This document shows positions 17,748 through 26,321 of a stretch of 32,000 bases of DNA, piece by piece (positions within the stretch are counted from its first letter, which is position 1; each line of letters opens with the position of its first letter). The notes beneath the pieces were generated by a model, which made no database searches, was not told the DNA's origin, and was given only the letters and a program-made list of their open reading frames with translations. A program made the position numbers and the translations under genes. Location: NCBI GenBank assembly GCA_030668875.1, contig DAOVER010000017.1, forward strand, positions 1 through 32,000, written 5' to 3'. This DNA is from Candidatus Heimdallarchaeota archaeon (GTDB lineage Archaea; Asgardarchaeota; Heimdallarchaeia; Heimdallarchaeales; Heimdallarchaeaceae).

Positions 17748-19178
17748 TCACTTTTTTATGATAATCTCTTCAAGTTCCTTAACGATTTGCTCCACCCATT
17801 TGAATCTCTCCTTGGTTGGTGATTCATAATAAATCCTGATTTTTGGTTCTGTTCCTGATTTTCTTATTAGTATCCATGTTCCGTCATTTAGGTCATATCT
17901 AAGACCATCTATGGTTAACTCTCTTCCATCCTGATCTTTCATTTTTTCAATTAGCTTCTCTTTACATTTTTCAAATATTGTTAGAACACCTTCCACATCT
18001 ACCATGTAGGCTTTTCTCTCAGCGATATGGTTTGGAATGTCCCTCATAATATCAGAAACAGTTGTTTTACGCATTGTAATCACTTTCAACAATTTCACCA
18101 GAGCAAATAATCCATCTATCCATAAACCCCAAGATGGGAATATAGGTTTCCATGGTTCAGCAGCGAAGGTGATTTTTTCGTTTTTCTTTGTTAGTTCAAT
18201 TATTTTACCATGAAGTTCCCCTAGATTTGTTCTAATTGTTGTCGCACCGATTTTATCGACAGTTTTATCGATAGTTGTTGAAGAATCTATGCTTACAACA
18301 ATGCTTCCGGGCCCTTCTTCCTCTATTGCAAATGTTGCTAGTAGAGCGTTCATCCTTGAGAGATCAACAAACTCACCAGACTCATCAATGACTGCAATTC
18401 TATCTCCATCTCCATCGAAAGCCACCCCCATAGTTTTTTTCTCCCTACATAATTCTATCAATGTTCCTAGATTAGCTGGACTAGGTTCAGCCAAACGACC
18501 AGGAAAGTGTCCATCAATGTGTGAATTTATTGTCGTAACTTGGAAACCAAGTTTGGAAAGAAGCTTAGGAGCTAAATCAGACATAGGTCCATTAGCACAA
18601 TCTAGAATGATTTTTTTGCCATCTCCATGAAAGTCTAGTTTTTTTCTAATTCGTTTACTATACGTTTCATTAGCATCTGTTATTTTATTTTGTGGTGGTA
18701 TTTTATCCCAGCTTACATAGTTGAATAGCTTGTTTTGAATTGATCTTTTTTCTAGTTCATTTTCTATGCTATTTTGTTCCTCTTGGATAAATTCTCTCCC
18801 ATTTTTTAATACCTTAATTCCGTTGTCTTGTGGAGGGTTGTGTGATGCAGTAATATATATAGCAACACTGTGCTTTTCATCACGAGTTAAATTTGCAATT
18901 ACAGGAAAAGTACACAATCCAATTGAATACACCTTCCCTCCAGCTAGTGAAATAGCAGAACAAGCACTTTGGCTTAAAGCCTCTGAAGAAGTTCTGGCAT
19001 CATGTGCAACCAAAATCCCTTCACCTTTGTATTGATTAACGAGTATTTGACTTATACCAATAACAAGTTCAGCTGTTACCTTTATGCCATAAGGTCCCCT
19101 AATGCCAGCCGTACCAAAAAGCTTCTGCCTCTTATTCATTAATTCTAGGGTCTCGCCACGTAATATAACTTTTTTCAT
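17748..19178 (-). CDS. Alpha-D-phosphohexomutase (PGM/PMM/GlmM family)
   Basis: LFGTAGIRG, ITASHNP (phospho-Ser), FDGDGDR, RKSGTEPKIRIY. Confidence 0.93.
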   Translation of the reverse strand: MKKVILRGETLELMNKRQKLFGTAGIRGPYGIKVTAELVIGISQILVNQYKGEGILVAHDARTSSEALSQSACSAISLAGGKVYSIGLCTFPVIANLTRDEKHSVAIYITASHNPPQDNGIKVLKNGREFIQEEQNSIENELEKRSIQNKLFNYVSWDKIPPQNKITDANETYSKRIRKKLDFHGDGKKIILDCANGPMSDLAPKLLSKLGFQVTTINSHIDGHFPGRLAEPSPANLGTLIELCREKKTMGVAFDGDGDRIAVIDESGEFVDLSRMNALLATFAIEEEGPGSIVVSIDSSTTIDKTVDKIGATTIRTNLGELHGKIIELTKKNEKITFAAEPWKPIFPSWGLWIDGLFALVKLLKVITMRKTTVSDIMRDIPNHIAERKAYMVDVEGVLTIFEKCKEKLIEKMKDQDGRELTIDGLRYDLNDGTWILIRKSGTEPKIRIYYESPTKERFKWVEQIVKELEEIIIKK

Positions 19179-19219
19179 AAGCTAAAAACACATGTGAAAC
19201 CTTCAGCAACAAATCATGC

Positions 19220-19852
19220 TTACATAAAATCTACTAATGATTTCTGCTCACTCCGTTTGGATTTTTTCCTTGATTTTTCTCCATTAACTTGGTCATAAAT
19301 TTCAACCATCTTTTGAAAGTGAGCACTATATTCTTCTATTTTGTTGTAGTTTCGAAGGATATATGCTGGATGAAATGTAGCAAAAACAGAATAACCTTCT
19401 TCTAGTGTTAAAGTATTTCCTGCACTTTTCGTTACTTTTGCTGCTGGAAAAAAGAATTTCAATGATATACCACCTAGAGTAACAATTAGTTTGGGAGACA
19501 AGAATTTCAATTGTTTAAACAACCACCTGTCTCCACAAAACCTCAGTTCAGATTCCTTTGGTGTTCTATTATCCTTGTTTTCATCTGTTGGACGACATTT
19601 TACAACATTGAGAATACTCACTTCTTCTCGTGAAAAACCAATGCTATCAAGCATTTTATCTAGTAACTTTCCAGATCTTCCAACAAAAGGCACCCCATCC
19701 CTATCCTCATAAAACCCGGGTGCTTCACCAATAAAGCACAAACTATCCTTAGGACCATAAGTACCAGGAACAACTTGAGTCCTATATTCTTTAAGATGGC
19801 AAGCTTCACATTTTTTAATCTCGGAGGTTAGCTCTGCAAGTTTATCATCCAT
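19220..19852 (-). CDS. udg: Family-4 uracil-DNA glycosylase with C-terminal PIP box
   Basis: CEAC, GEAPG, NVVKCRP, HPAY; ends QKSLVDFM. Confidence 0.92.
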   Translation of the reverse strand: MDDKLAELTSEIKKCEACHLKEYRTQVVPGTYGPKDSLCFIGEAPGFYEDRDGVPFVGRSGKLLDKMLDSIGFSREEVSILNVVKCRPTDENKDNRTPKESELRFCGDRWLFKQLKFLSPKLIVTLGGISLKFFFPAAKVTKSAGNTLTLEEGYSVFATFHPAYILRNYNKIEEYSAHFQKMVEIYDQVNGEKSRKKSKRSEQKSLVDFM

Positions 19853-19916
19853 AAGATATCTTCTCCTTTATTACAACTGAAAAATAGAATTTATTAAGAT
19901 ATTCCCGATTAGTGCT

Positions 19917-21257
19917 TTGATAAGAGTGAAAGATATAATAATTGAAGCTGATTATTTAATTACAAGTAACACTTTAAATTCTGTTTTGAAGGATGCAGCA
20001 ATCCTGGTAGTAGACGGTGAAATTACAGCAATAGGCAGTAAGAAAGAGATTAACAAAGATTATTCTGCACCACATATTATTTCTGGTGAAAACAAGATTC
20101 TTATGCCTGGATTAGTTAATACCCATTCTCATAGCGTTCAAACTTTACTACGTGGTAAAGCAGATGATTTAGCTTTGCTTGATTGGTTGGAGAAAGTTGT
20201 TATTCCTGGTGAATCAAACTTTACAGCTGACGACGTACACACTTCTTCTCTGCTTGGTTTTGCTGAAATGATTCGAACAGGAACAACCACAGCAAACGAC
20301 ATGTTATCTTCTAGTAACGCAGAATCAGGGATTAATAGTGCAATTGAAACAGGTATTAGAGCTAGAATAGGTCAAATGTTGATGGATGTTAACCCTTCTT
20401 CACCTACTGAAGGTCTAGAAAATGCTGACGAAATAATTGAAACTATAAATCAGCAAATTACTAATTTTCATTATACACATAACAAGAGAATTAAGTATAC
20501 ATTAAATGCAAGATTCTTGCTTTCCTGTTCCCCAGAGTTGATGAAAGGCATTGTTAAAACACAACATCGATATGATGATTTGATGATTCATACTCATGCT
20601 TCAGAGTCACAAGCTGAATGTAGAGAAGTAGAAAAATATTACAAAACCTCTTACATTAGAGCACTAAGAGATGTGGGGGCTTTGGGCTCCGAAACAATTG
20701 TTGCACATGGGATTTGGTTAGATGAGGAAGAGTACGCTATAATGAAAGAAACAGATACAAGACTTACACATAATCCATCAAGCAACTGTAAATTAGCTTC
20801 AGGGATTTGTGATGTAAAGAAGCATTTGGATCTTGGAATTATCGTAGGGTTAGGAACAGATGGCGCTCCATGTAACAATAATCTCGATATGTTTAGAGAA
20901 ATACGTTTGGCAACCTTTTTACAGAAAGTGAAACATTTGGACGAAAAATTACTTCCCGCAAAACAAGTTTTGAGAATGGCAACTATAGATGGGGCCAGAG
21001 CTTTAAATTGGGACAAAGAGATTGGCTCTATTGAAAAAGGGAAGCGGGCTGATGTTGTTCAAGTAGATATTGATACCATTAATGCTATTCCAATTTATGA
21101 TCCTATATCTCATGTGGTATATTCAGCATCTGGTAAAGATGTGTGTATGACTATGATAGATGGAAAAATTGTTTATCAAGATAACAACTTCAACACTTTT
21201 AGCTTTGAAAGTTTAAAGAACAAAGTCAGTCAATATAAAGAAAAGTGGTCTCACTAA
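19917..21257 (+). CDS. Amidohydrolase (MTA/SAH or 5'-deoxyadenosine deaminase-like)
   Basis: PGLVNTHSH, HTHASES, HNPSSNCKLASG, GTDGAPCNNNLDMF, IEKGKRAD. Confidence 0.88.
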   Translation: MIRVKDIIIEADYLITSNTLNSVLKDAAILVVDGEITAIGSKKEINKDYSAPHIISGENKILMPGLVNTHSHSVQTLLRGKADDLALLDWLEKVVIPGESNFTADDVHTSSLLGFAEMIRTGTTTANDMLSSSNAESGINSAIETGIRARIGQMLMDVNPSSPTEGLENADEIIETINQQITNFHYTHNKRIKYTLNARFLLSCSPELMKGIVKTQHRYDDLMIHTHASESQAECREVEKYYKTSYIRALRDVGALGSETIVAHGIWLDEEEYAIMKETDTRLTHNPSSNCKLASGICDVKKHLDLGIIVGLGTDGAPCNNNLDMFREIRLATFLQKVKHLDEKLLPAKQVLRMATIDGARALNWDKEIGSIEKGKRADVVQVDIDTINAIPIYDPISHVVYSASGKDVCMTMIDGKIVYQDNNFNTFSFESLKNKVSQYKEKWSH

Positions 21258-21258
21258 G

Positions 21259-22323
21259 ATGAAGGAACTTCATGTTTCAACACCGGGAAGAATATGTCTT
21301 TTTGGTGAAGATGTAGACTATATGGGATTAGAAGTTATCACATTAGCTATTGATAAAAGAATAGAGTTAACTGGAACAATAACAGAAAAAAATATTATTC
21401 ACTTCAAGTTAGCAGATTTAGACAAAGAAATAGAATTTGCAAATAGGAAACAACCAATAAAATCAAAGACTGATTATATCTTTTCTGCGTTCAATATGTA
21501 TCAAGAACGGCTACCAAAATCGTTTGGAGCAGAAATTGAGGTTAAATCAAGTCTATCAATGGGGAAAGGTCTTTCTTCTTCATCAGCCTTTTGTGCAGTA
21601 TTAGTGGCATTTTTTGATAAAGTCGCAGGAGTGAATTCCTCTGATAAGGAACTTGCAAATCGAGCCTATTTTGCAGAAGTAATAAATCTAAATCAAGCTG
21701 GGGGAATGATGGATCATTATGCAAGCGTATTGGGGAACGTCATTTATCTTGAGTGCAGAGATCCATATAACTTCGAAAGACTGAATGTGAAATTGGATGG
21801 ACTAATTATAGGAGATACTCTGAAACAGAAGGAAACGATTCAAACTCTGATGGTTAGAAAGAAGGAAATAAATGAGGGAATAAAATGGATGAAAGAAAAA
21901 GACCTAAGTTTCAACCTATTAGATTATCCTACCAGAATGGTTGAGGAAGAATTCCAAGAAAATGAAAGCATTGGATTAAGGAGATTGATAGGGATTTTGG
22001 GGATAAGAGATGTGGTTAGAAGTGGTTATGATTTACTGAAAAATGATGGGGGAAACAAGGATCGATTTGCAGATCTGCTAAACCAACATCATCATATCCA
22101 ACAAGAATATCTCGAAAATGTAACTCCTAGAATGCAAGAATTAATCTTACACGCTCGTGATGCTGGTGCCCTTGGATGCAAATTAATGGGGAGTGGAAAT
22201 GGTGGATCCTTTCTAGCATATGCTCCAAATAGTGAAAAAGAAGTTATAGAAATTATCACTAAACACGGTGGAGGAGCTTACATGGTACAACAGGATTGTG
22301 GATTGGAAAGTTTATACAAATAA
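21259..22323 (+). CDS. GHMP-family sugar kinase (galactokinase-like)
   Basis: PGRICLFGEDVDY, GKGLSSSSA, MMDH, KLMGSGNGG. Confidence 0.85.
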   Translation: MKELHVSTPGRICLFGEDVDYMGLEVITLAIDKRIELTGTITEKNIIHFKLADLDKEIEFANRKQPIKSKTDYIFSAFNMYQERLPKSFGAEIEVKSSLSMGKGLSSSSAFCAVLVAFFDKVAGVNSSDKELANRAYFAEVINLNQAGGMMDHYASVLGNVIYLECRDPYNFERLNVKLDGLIIGDTLKQKETIQTLMVRKKEINEGIKWMKEKDLSFNLLDYPTRMVEEEFQENESIGLRRLIGILGIRDVVRSGYDLLKNDGGNKDRFADLLNQHHHIQQEYLENVTPRMQELILHARDAGALGCKLMGSGNGGSFLAYAPNSEKEVIEIITKHGGGAYMVQQDCGLESLYK

Positions 22324-22381
22324 TTAAATTCAGTTTAGTAAGCAAAAAACTGAAAAAGAACCGCTCAAACTTTGGTTTAGA

Positions 22382-22786
22382 ATGAATAACGATTGTCTTT
22401 TCTGTAAAATTGTAAGAGGAGAAATCCCAAGTAGCACTCTATATGAGGATGATGAAGTCCTTGTTTTCCTTGATATCTATCCCATTGCAAGAGGACACGC
22501 ACTTTTCATCCCAAAAAAGCACATAATAGACATATGTGAACTAAATGGTGAAAAAAAGGATTTTATGATGAAATTACCAAAAATCGTAAAAAAACTGAAA
22601 GAAGTTACAGGTGCAACAGGAATCAATATCTTACAAAGTAATGGTGAAGATGCAGGGCAAGTAATCTTTCACATACACTTTCATCTAATTCCGAGATATC
22701 CTCACGATGGGGTGATAAAATTCCCACGAAAAATAGAGTTTGATGAAGAACTAGCAAAAGATCTAATGAATAAATTTGCAGAATGA
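22382..22786 (+). CDS. HIT-family protein
   Basis: CLFCKI, GHALFIPKKH, HIHFHLIPR. Confidence 0.93.
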   Translation: MNNDCLFCKIVRGEIPSSTLYEDDEVLVFLDIYPIARGHALFIPKKHIIDICELNGEKKDFMMKLPKIVKKLKEVTGATGINILQSNGEDAGQVIFHIHFHLIPRYPHDGVIKFPRKIEFDEELAKDLMNKFAE

Positions 22787-22858
22787 ACAAACTTACAGAA
22801 AAATAGAGCAGAAAACTTAATAAAAATAAAATAGTATGAGGATGAAAAGGGGAAAAAG

Positions 22859-23422
22859 ATGACAGAAGAGCAGGGTAAGAAATATATCTTCAAGATTGTT
22901 TTACTTGGAGATCCAGGGGTAGGAAAAAGCTCCCTAATTACAAGATTTGTACATAACAGATTTCAATCTTCATATTTAATGACAATTGGTGTTGATATAT
23001 TAAGTAAACAACTCTTTGTAGGAAAGGATGAGGTTCTTTTTCTTATAAGTGATATTGGTGGTCAAGAAAGATTTGCTTCAGTCAGGGAGAAATTCTATCG
23101 TGGTTCGAGAGGTTGCTTTCTAGTCTTTGATCTTACAAGAGAAAACACCTTAACTTCAGTAAAGGCATGGAAAAAAGGTCTAGATGCTGTTGAAGAAGAT
23201 GTAATTTATTTCTTGATTGGGAACAAAGCAGATTTGAAAGAACAAGTATCAGTTTCAGATGAAAGTATACAAGCAATAATCGAGGAACTAAATTTACCAA
23301 AAGAGACATTTTTCATAACCTCAGCTAAAACTGGAGAAAAAGTTGAGGAAGCATTTGTTACTTTTTCAAAGGAATTGATAAAAGCAGTCGAGAAAAAAAG
23401 GGTAGAAGTAGGTTTAGATTAA
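22859..23422 (+). CDS. Rab-like small GTPase (Ras superfamily)
   Basis: FKIVLLGDPGVGKS (G1), TIGVD (G2), DIGGQERF (G3), GNKAD (G4), TSAK (G5); no C-terminal Cys. Confidence 0.92.
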   Translation: MTEEQGKKYIFKIVLLGDPGVGKSSLITRFVHNRFQSSYLMTIGVDILSKQLFVGKDEVLFLISDIGGQERFASVREKFYRGSRGCFLVFDLTRENTLTSVKAWKKGLDAVEEDVIYFLIGNKADLKEQVSVSDESIQAIIEELNLPKETFFITSAKTGEKVEEAFVTFSKELIKAVEKKRVEVGLD

Positions 23423-23490
23423 AACAATAAAACTAGCATCTTTTTCTTTTTGACAACGTATTTTTATATGGAAAATCTTACAAGTAAACT

Positions 23491-24465
23491 ATGGATGATT
23501 CCACAATAAATTGGCTATTAGATGCAGAACCTTGGGTAGAATACAAAACTAGATTAGATATACTTGGTCAATCTCCTAAATCCAATGAAATGATATTAGC
23601 TAAAAAAAAGATGATAAATGATTCACAAGTCAAATTTTTGTTAAATGAAGTTCAAAAATGGCCTAAACCTCCATTGAAAAGACATAATGATGCTTCTCAC
23701 CCTATTCATAAACTAGCTTTTTTAACAGATATTGGAATAAAGCAAGATAACGAAATATTAAGTGAGATCTTAAAGAAAATCATTAACACTCAAGCTGATG
23801 ATGGAGGTCTACAGATTTTAGTAAATATACCAACTAGATTTGGTGGAACTGGGGAAGACCAGCTTAGTTGGATGTTATGTGATGCTCCTTTACTTCTTTA
23901 TGTTCTGCTTAAAAGTGGGATGGACGTTGAAAAAACAGCAGGAAAGACAGTGAAACTGTTAAAGGAATTGGTAAGAGACAATGGCTGGCCATGTAGCGCA
24001 TCACAAAACCTAGGTAAATTTAGGGGACCAGGGAGAAAAAGTGATCCATGTCCATACGCTAATCTCCTCATAGTTAAAGCATTATCGCAAAAAACAGAAT
24101 GGAGAGATAGTAGGGAATGTAGAACAGGTGCAGAGACATTGTTGAATTTGTGGGAACATCGGAAGGAGATGAAACCATACTTATTTGGAATGGGTACTCG
24201 TTTTAAGAAGTTGAAGGCACCTTTGATTTGGTATGATATTTTACATGTAGTTGATGTTCTATCGAGACTTCCTTGGTTAAGAAAAGATGAAAGATTGCAA
24301 GAAATGGTACAAATTATAATACAAAAGGCAAATGAAGAGGGAAAATATTATGCAGAATCTGTTTGGAGAGCTTGGGGCGGCTGGTCATTTGGACAAAAAA
24401 AGAACCCATCAGAGTGGATAACTTATTTGGTATATACAATATTTAAAAGGATGGAGATAGGGTAA
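23491..24465 (+). CDS. Hypothetical protein, probable alpha/alpha-barrel (prenyltransferase/terpene-cyclase-like fold)
   Basis: QADDGG, NGWPC, CPYANL, WYDILH and Trp-rich repeats; family recalled as conserved but uncharacterised. Confidence 0.55.
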   Translation: MDDSTINWLLDAEPWVEYKTRLDILGQSPKSNEMILAKKKMINDSQVKFLLNEVQKWPKPPLKRHNDASHPIHKLAFLTDIGIKQDNEILSEILKKIINTQADDGGLQILVNIPTRFGGTGEDQLSWMLCDAPLLLYVLLKSGMDVEKTAGKTVKLLKELVRDNGWPCSASQNLGKFRGPGRKSDPCPYANLLIVKALSQKTEWRDSRECRTGAETLLNLWEHRKEMKPYLFGMGTRFKKLKAPLIWYDILHVVDVLSRLPWLRKDERLQEMVQIIIQKANEEGKYYAESVWRAWGGWSFGQKKNPSEWITYLVYTIFKRMEIG

Positions 24466-24521
24466 ATCAAAAGAAGACGACCAAACATTTACTAAATCAA
24501 ACACCTATTTAATTAGAAAAA

Positions 24522-24630
24522 TGGCGAGGCAACCGGGATAAACATCACTTAGAGCGCGTCTAACACGATTTTGAACCCGGGTCCATGGAGTGACAGTCCA
24601 CGATCATCGGCCGAACTAAACTATTGCCCC
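24522..24630 (-). tRNA. tRNA-Asp(GTC) with 31-nt intron in the T-loop, encoded CCA
   Basis: Minus strand: GGGGCAA...GTGGA CTGTCAC TCCAT GGAC CCGGG TTCAAA[31 nt]T CCCGG TTGCCTC G CCA; anticodon at 24594-24592, discriminator G. Confidence 0.88.
24539..24569 (-). other. Non-canonical tRNA intron at 59/60 (58/59 gives the same product)
   Basis: ATCGTGTTAGACGCGCTCTAAGTGATGTTTA folds as a hairpin (TTAGA/TCTAA, ATCG/TGAT); removal restores TTCAAAT. Confidence 0.75.
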
Positions 24631-24757
24631 GCAGTTATTTCTTTTCTCTTTACAACTTTTTTTAAATATGTCGGTTATTACTAATATATTTACCACTTCC
24701 ATAGCCATGCGTTCTCAATTCGATATATTTTTATTTACAATCTTCTCATACATGTTA

Positions 24758-25411
24758 ATGAAAAGAACCCAACTGTTCTTAGTGATTCTCCTTTCGTTAG
24801 TTGTGGTACAATATATGCCATCCGATAGTTTAGCAGCTATTCCTGTTGTTGAAGATGGTGATATGCTCGCTTTTGGTTATACACTAACAGCAGATGCTTC
24901 AATAGTGGAAATCTATACTGAAGAAAATCCTCGACGAATTTTCGTTAGAGTGGGCACTTTTACTCCACCTGGTCTTTACAATGCTCTTCTTGGCATGGCT
25001 CTTGGCACAAATAAAGATGTAGTCGTTCCTCCAGAAGAAGGTTTTCTTCCTACAGACATTGATCATGCCGACTTGGCTGGCTTAACATTATACTACACCA
25101 ATCTCAAGGTTTTCGAAATAAATGGTTTATATTATACAGACCTTCCTACAAATGGAACTGAACCTGGTTCTTTCGGATATTATGCAATTAGGGTGGGTTT
25201 GGGACTTGTTGGAGCAGCTGCTTTTGTAGGATTAGTGTATGGCGGTTACCGTTTATATCCTAAGGTTTTCGGAAAGAGATGTGCAATATGTAAAACTCTT
25301 GCAATTGGTACATGCACAAAATGCGGAAGAAAATTCTGTGAAAGATGTTATTCTAATGGCTGTCCTTACTGCAAGGCTAGAACACTGATAAGATTTAAAT
25401 CCTCCTCTTAA
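24758..25411 (+). CDS. Signal peptide - FKBP-like domain - TM - C8 zinc-finger membrane protein (paralog 1)
   Basis: GDMLAFGYTL...PGLYNALLGMALG...VVVPPEEGF...LAGLTLYY (FKBP/SlyD-like); TM IRVGLGLVGAAAFVGLVYGGY; CAIC-x7-CTKC-x4-CERC-x4-CPYC. Start reassigned to ATG 24758. Confidence 0.8.
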   Translation: MKRTQLFLVILLSLVVVQYMPSDSLAAIPVVEDGDMLAFGYTLTADASIVEIYTEENPRRIFVRVGTFTPPGLYNALLGMALGTNKDVVVPPEEGFLPTDIDHADLAGLTLYYTNLKVFEINGLYYTDLPTNGTEPGSFGYYAIRVGLGLVGAAAFVGLVYGGYRLYPKVFGKRCAICKTLAIGTCTKCGRKFCERCYSNGCPYCKARTLIRFKSSS

Positions 25412-26064
25412 TGTCCATCTCCGAAATTCTTTTAAGTTTCTATAAGTCATTCGTCATAATGGTTTCCCGCAAAAAACTAGTAGGATCCTTTATAGTACTG
25501 GTTACCCTCTTAATTCAAATTGCAGCTATATCCAGTGCATACGATGATGTTCAAGGAATAGAATTAAACGATGTAATTGATATTTCATTTGATCGTTATA
25601 TAGATGGTATTCAAGAATCAGGTTACGATGATGAGAACCCTTTTGAGTTAATTGTGAATAAAAAATACATTAATGAGATATTTGTTCTTGAAATGATTGG
25701 TATGAAAGTTGGTGAAGTTAAACCAAGCATTAAGTGGACGGTGGATGAAGGAGGAGGAATTTTCACCGAATATGAATATGTTAACACAAAGATTATTCGA
25801 ATAGTTAAAGATGCTACTCCTGCAATTAGTCCTATTGGTCAGACTGTTCTAATTATTTTTGAGGTTATTCTCGTAATCGGAGCGGTAGTTGGTGCTATCT
25901 TCTTGTATCTCAAAGTCATTCGTCCTCGCTATCTCAGTAAGAAATGTTTGACATGTGGAAACCAGGCTACTTCCAAATGCTCTAAATGTGGACGATTCAT
26001 TTGCTCAGAATGCTCAGTTAAAGGCTGTCCAAGTTGTGGAAGTCAAAAATATATCCGTCTCTAA
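25411..26064 (+). CDS. Signal peptide - degenerate FKBP-like domain - TM - C8 zinc-finger membrane protein (paralog 2)
   Basis: NDVIDISF...NPFELIV...MIGMKVGE; TM VLIIFEVILVIGAVVGAIFLYL; CLTC-x7-CSKC-x4-CSEC-x4-CPSC. ATG overlaps the upstream TAA (ATG 25459 is an alternative). Confidence 0.8.
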   Translation: MSISEILLSFYKSFVIMVSRKKLVGSFIVLVTLLIQIAAISSAYDDVQGIELNDVIDISFDRYIDGIQESGYDDENPFELIVNKKYINEIFVLEMIGMKVGEVKPSIKWTVDEGGGIFTEYEYVNTKIIRIVKDATPAISPIGQTVLIIFEVILVIGAVVGAIFLYLKVIRPRYLSKKCLTCGNQATSKCSKCGRFICSECSVKGCPSCGSQKYIRL

Positions 26065-26130
26065 TTTCTTCAAATTAATAGAAGAATTTTTTAATTTCAT
26101 CTAAATCTTTGGTACAACATCCAAGTAAGT

Positions 26131-26213
26131 GCCAGGATAGCCAAGCGGTACGGCGGGGGTCTCGAAAACCTCTGGTATTAGCCTCCGGGGTTCAAATCCC
26201 CGTCCTGGCTCCA
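26131..26213 (+). tRNA. tRNA-Ser(CGA), encoded CCA
   Basis: GCCAGGA/TCCTGGC acceptor, GGGGT CTCGAAA ACCTC anticodon arm, 13-nt variable region, CGGGG TTCAAAT CCCCG. Confidence 0.92.
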
Positions 26214-26321
26214 TTTCTAGAAATAGCGCCTCTCTTGTAACAATGTGTTTCTCTTTAGCTACTATTATTTCATTAAGTTTTTAATTGTTTGAGTTTTATT
26301 TCGTTTATAGGTTTGAGAATA

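Noticed and set aside
22859-24465. Rab-like GTPase plus alpha/alpha-barrel protein as a GTPase/prenyltransferase pair
   Set aside because: The GTPase has no C-terminal Cys to prenylate, and the barrel assignment is weak and recalled as a widespread family unrelated to GTPases.
24522-26213. tRNA-anchored genomic island around the FKBP-TM-ZnF pair
   Set aside because: No integrase, no duplicated tRNA 3' end (att) and no obvious compositional shift were seen.
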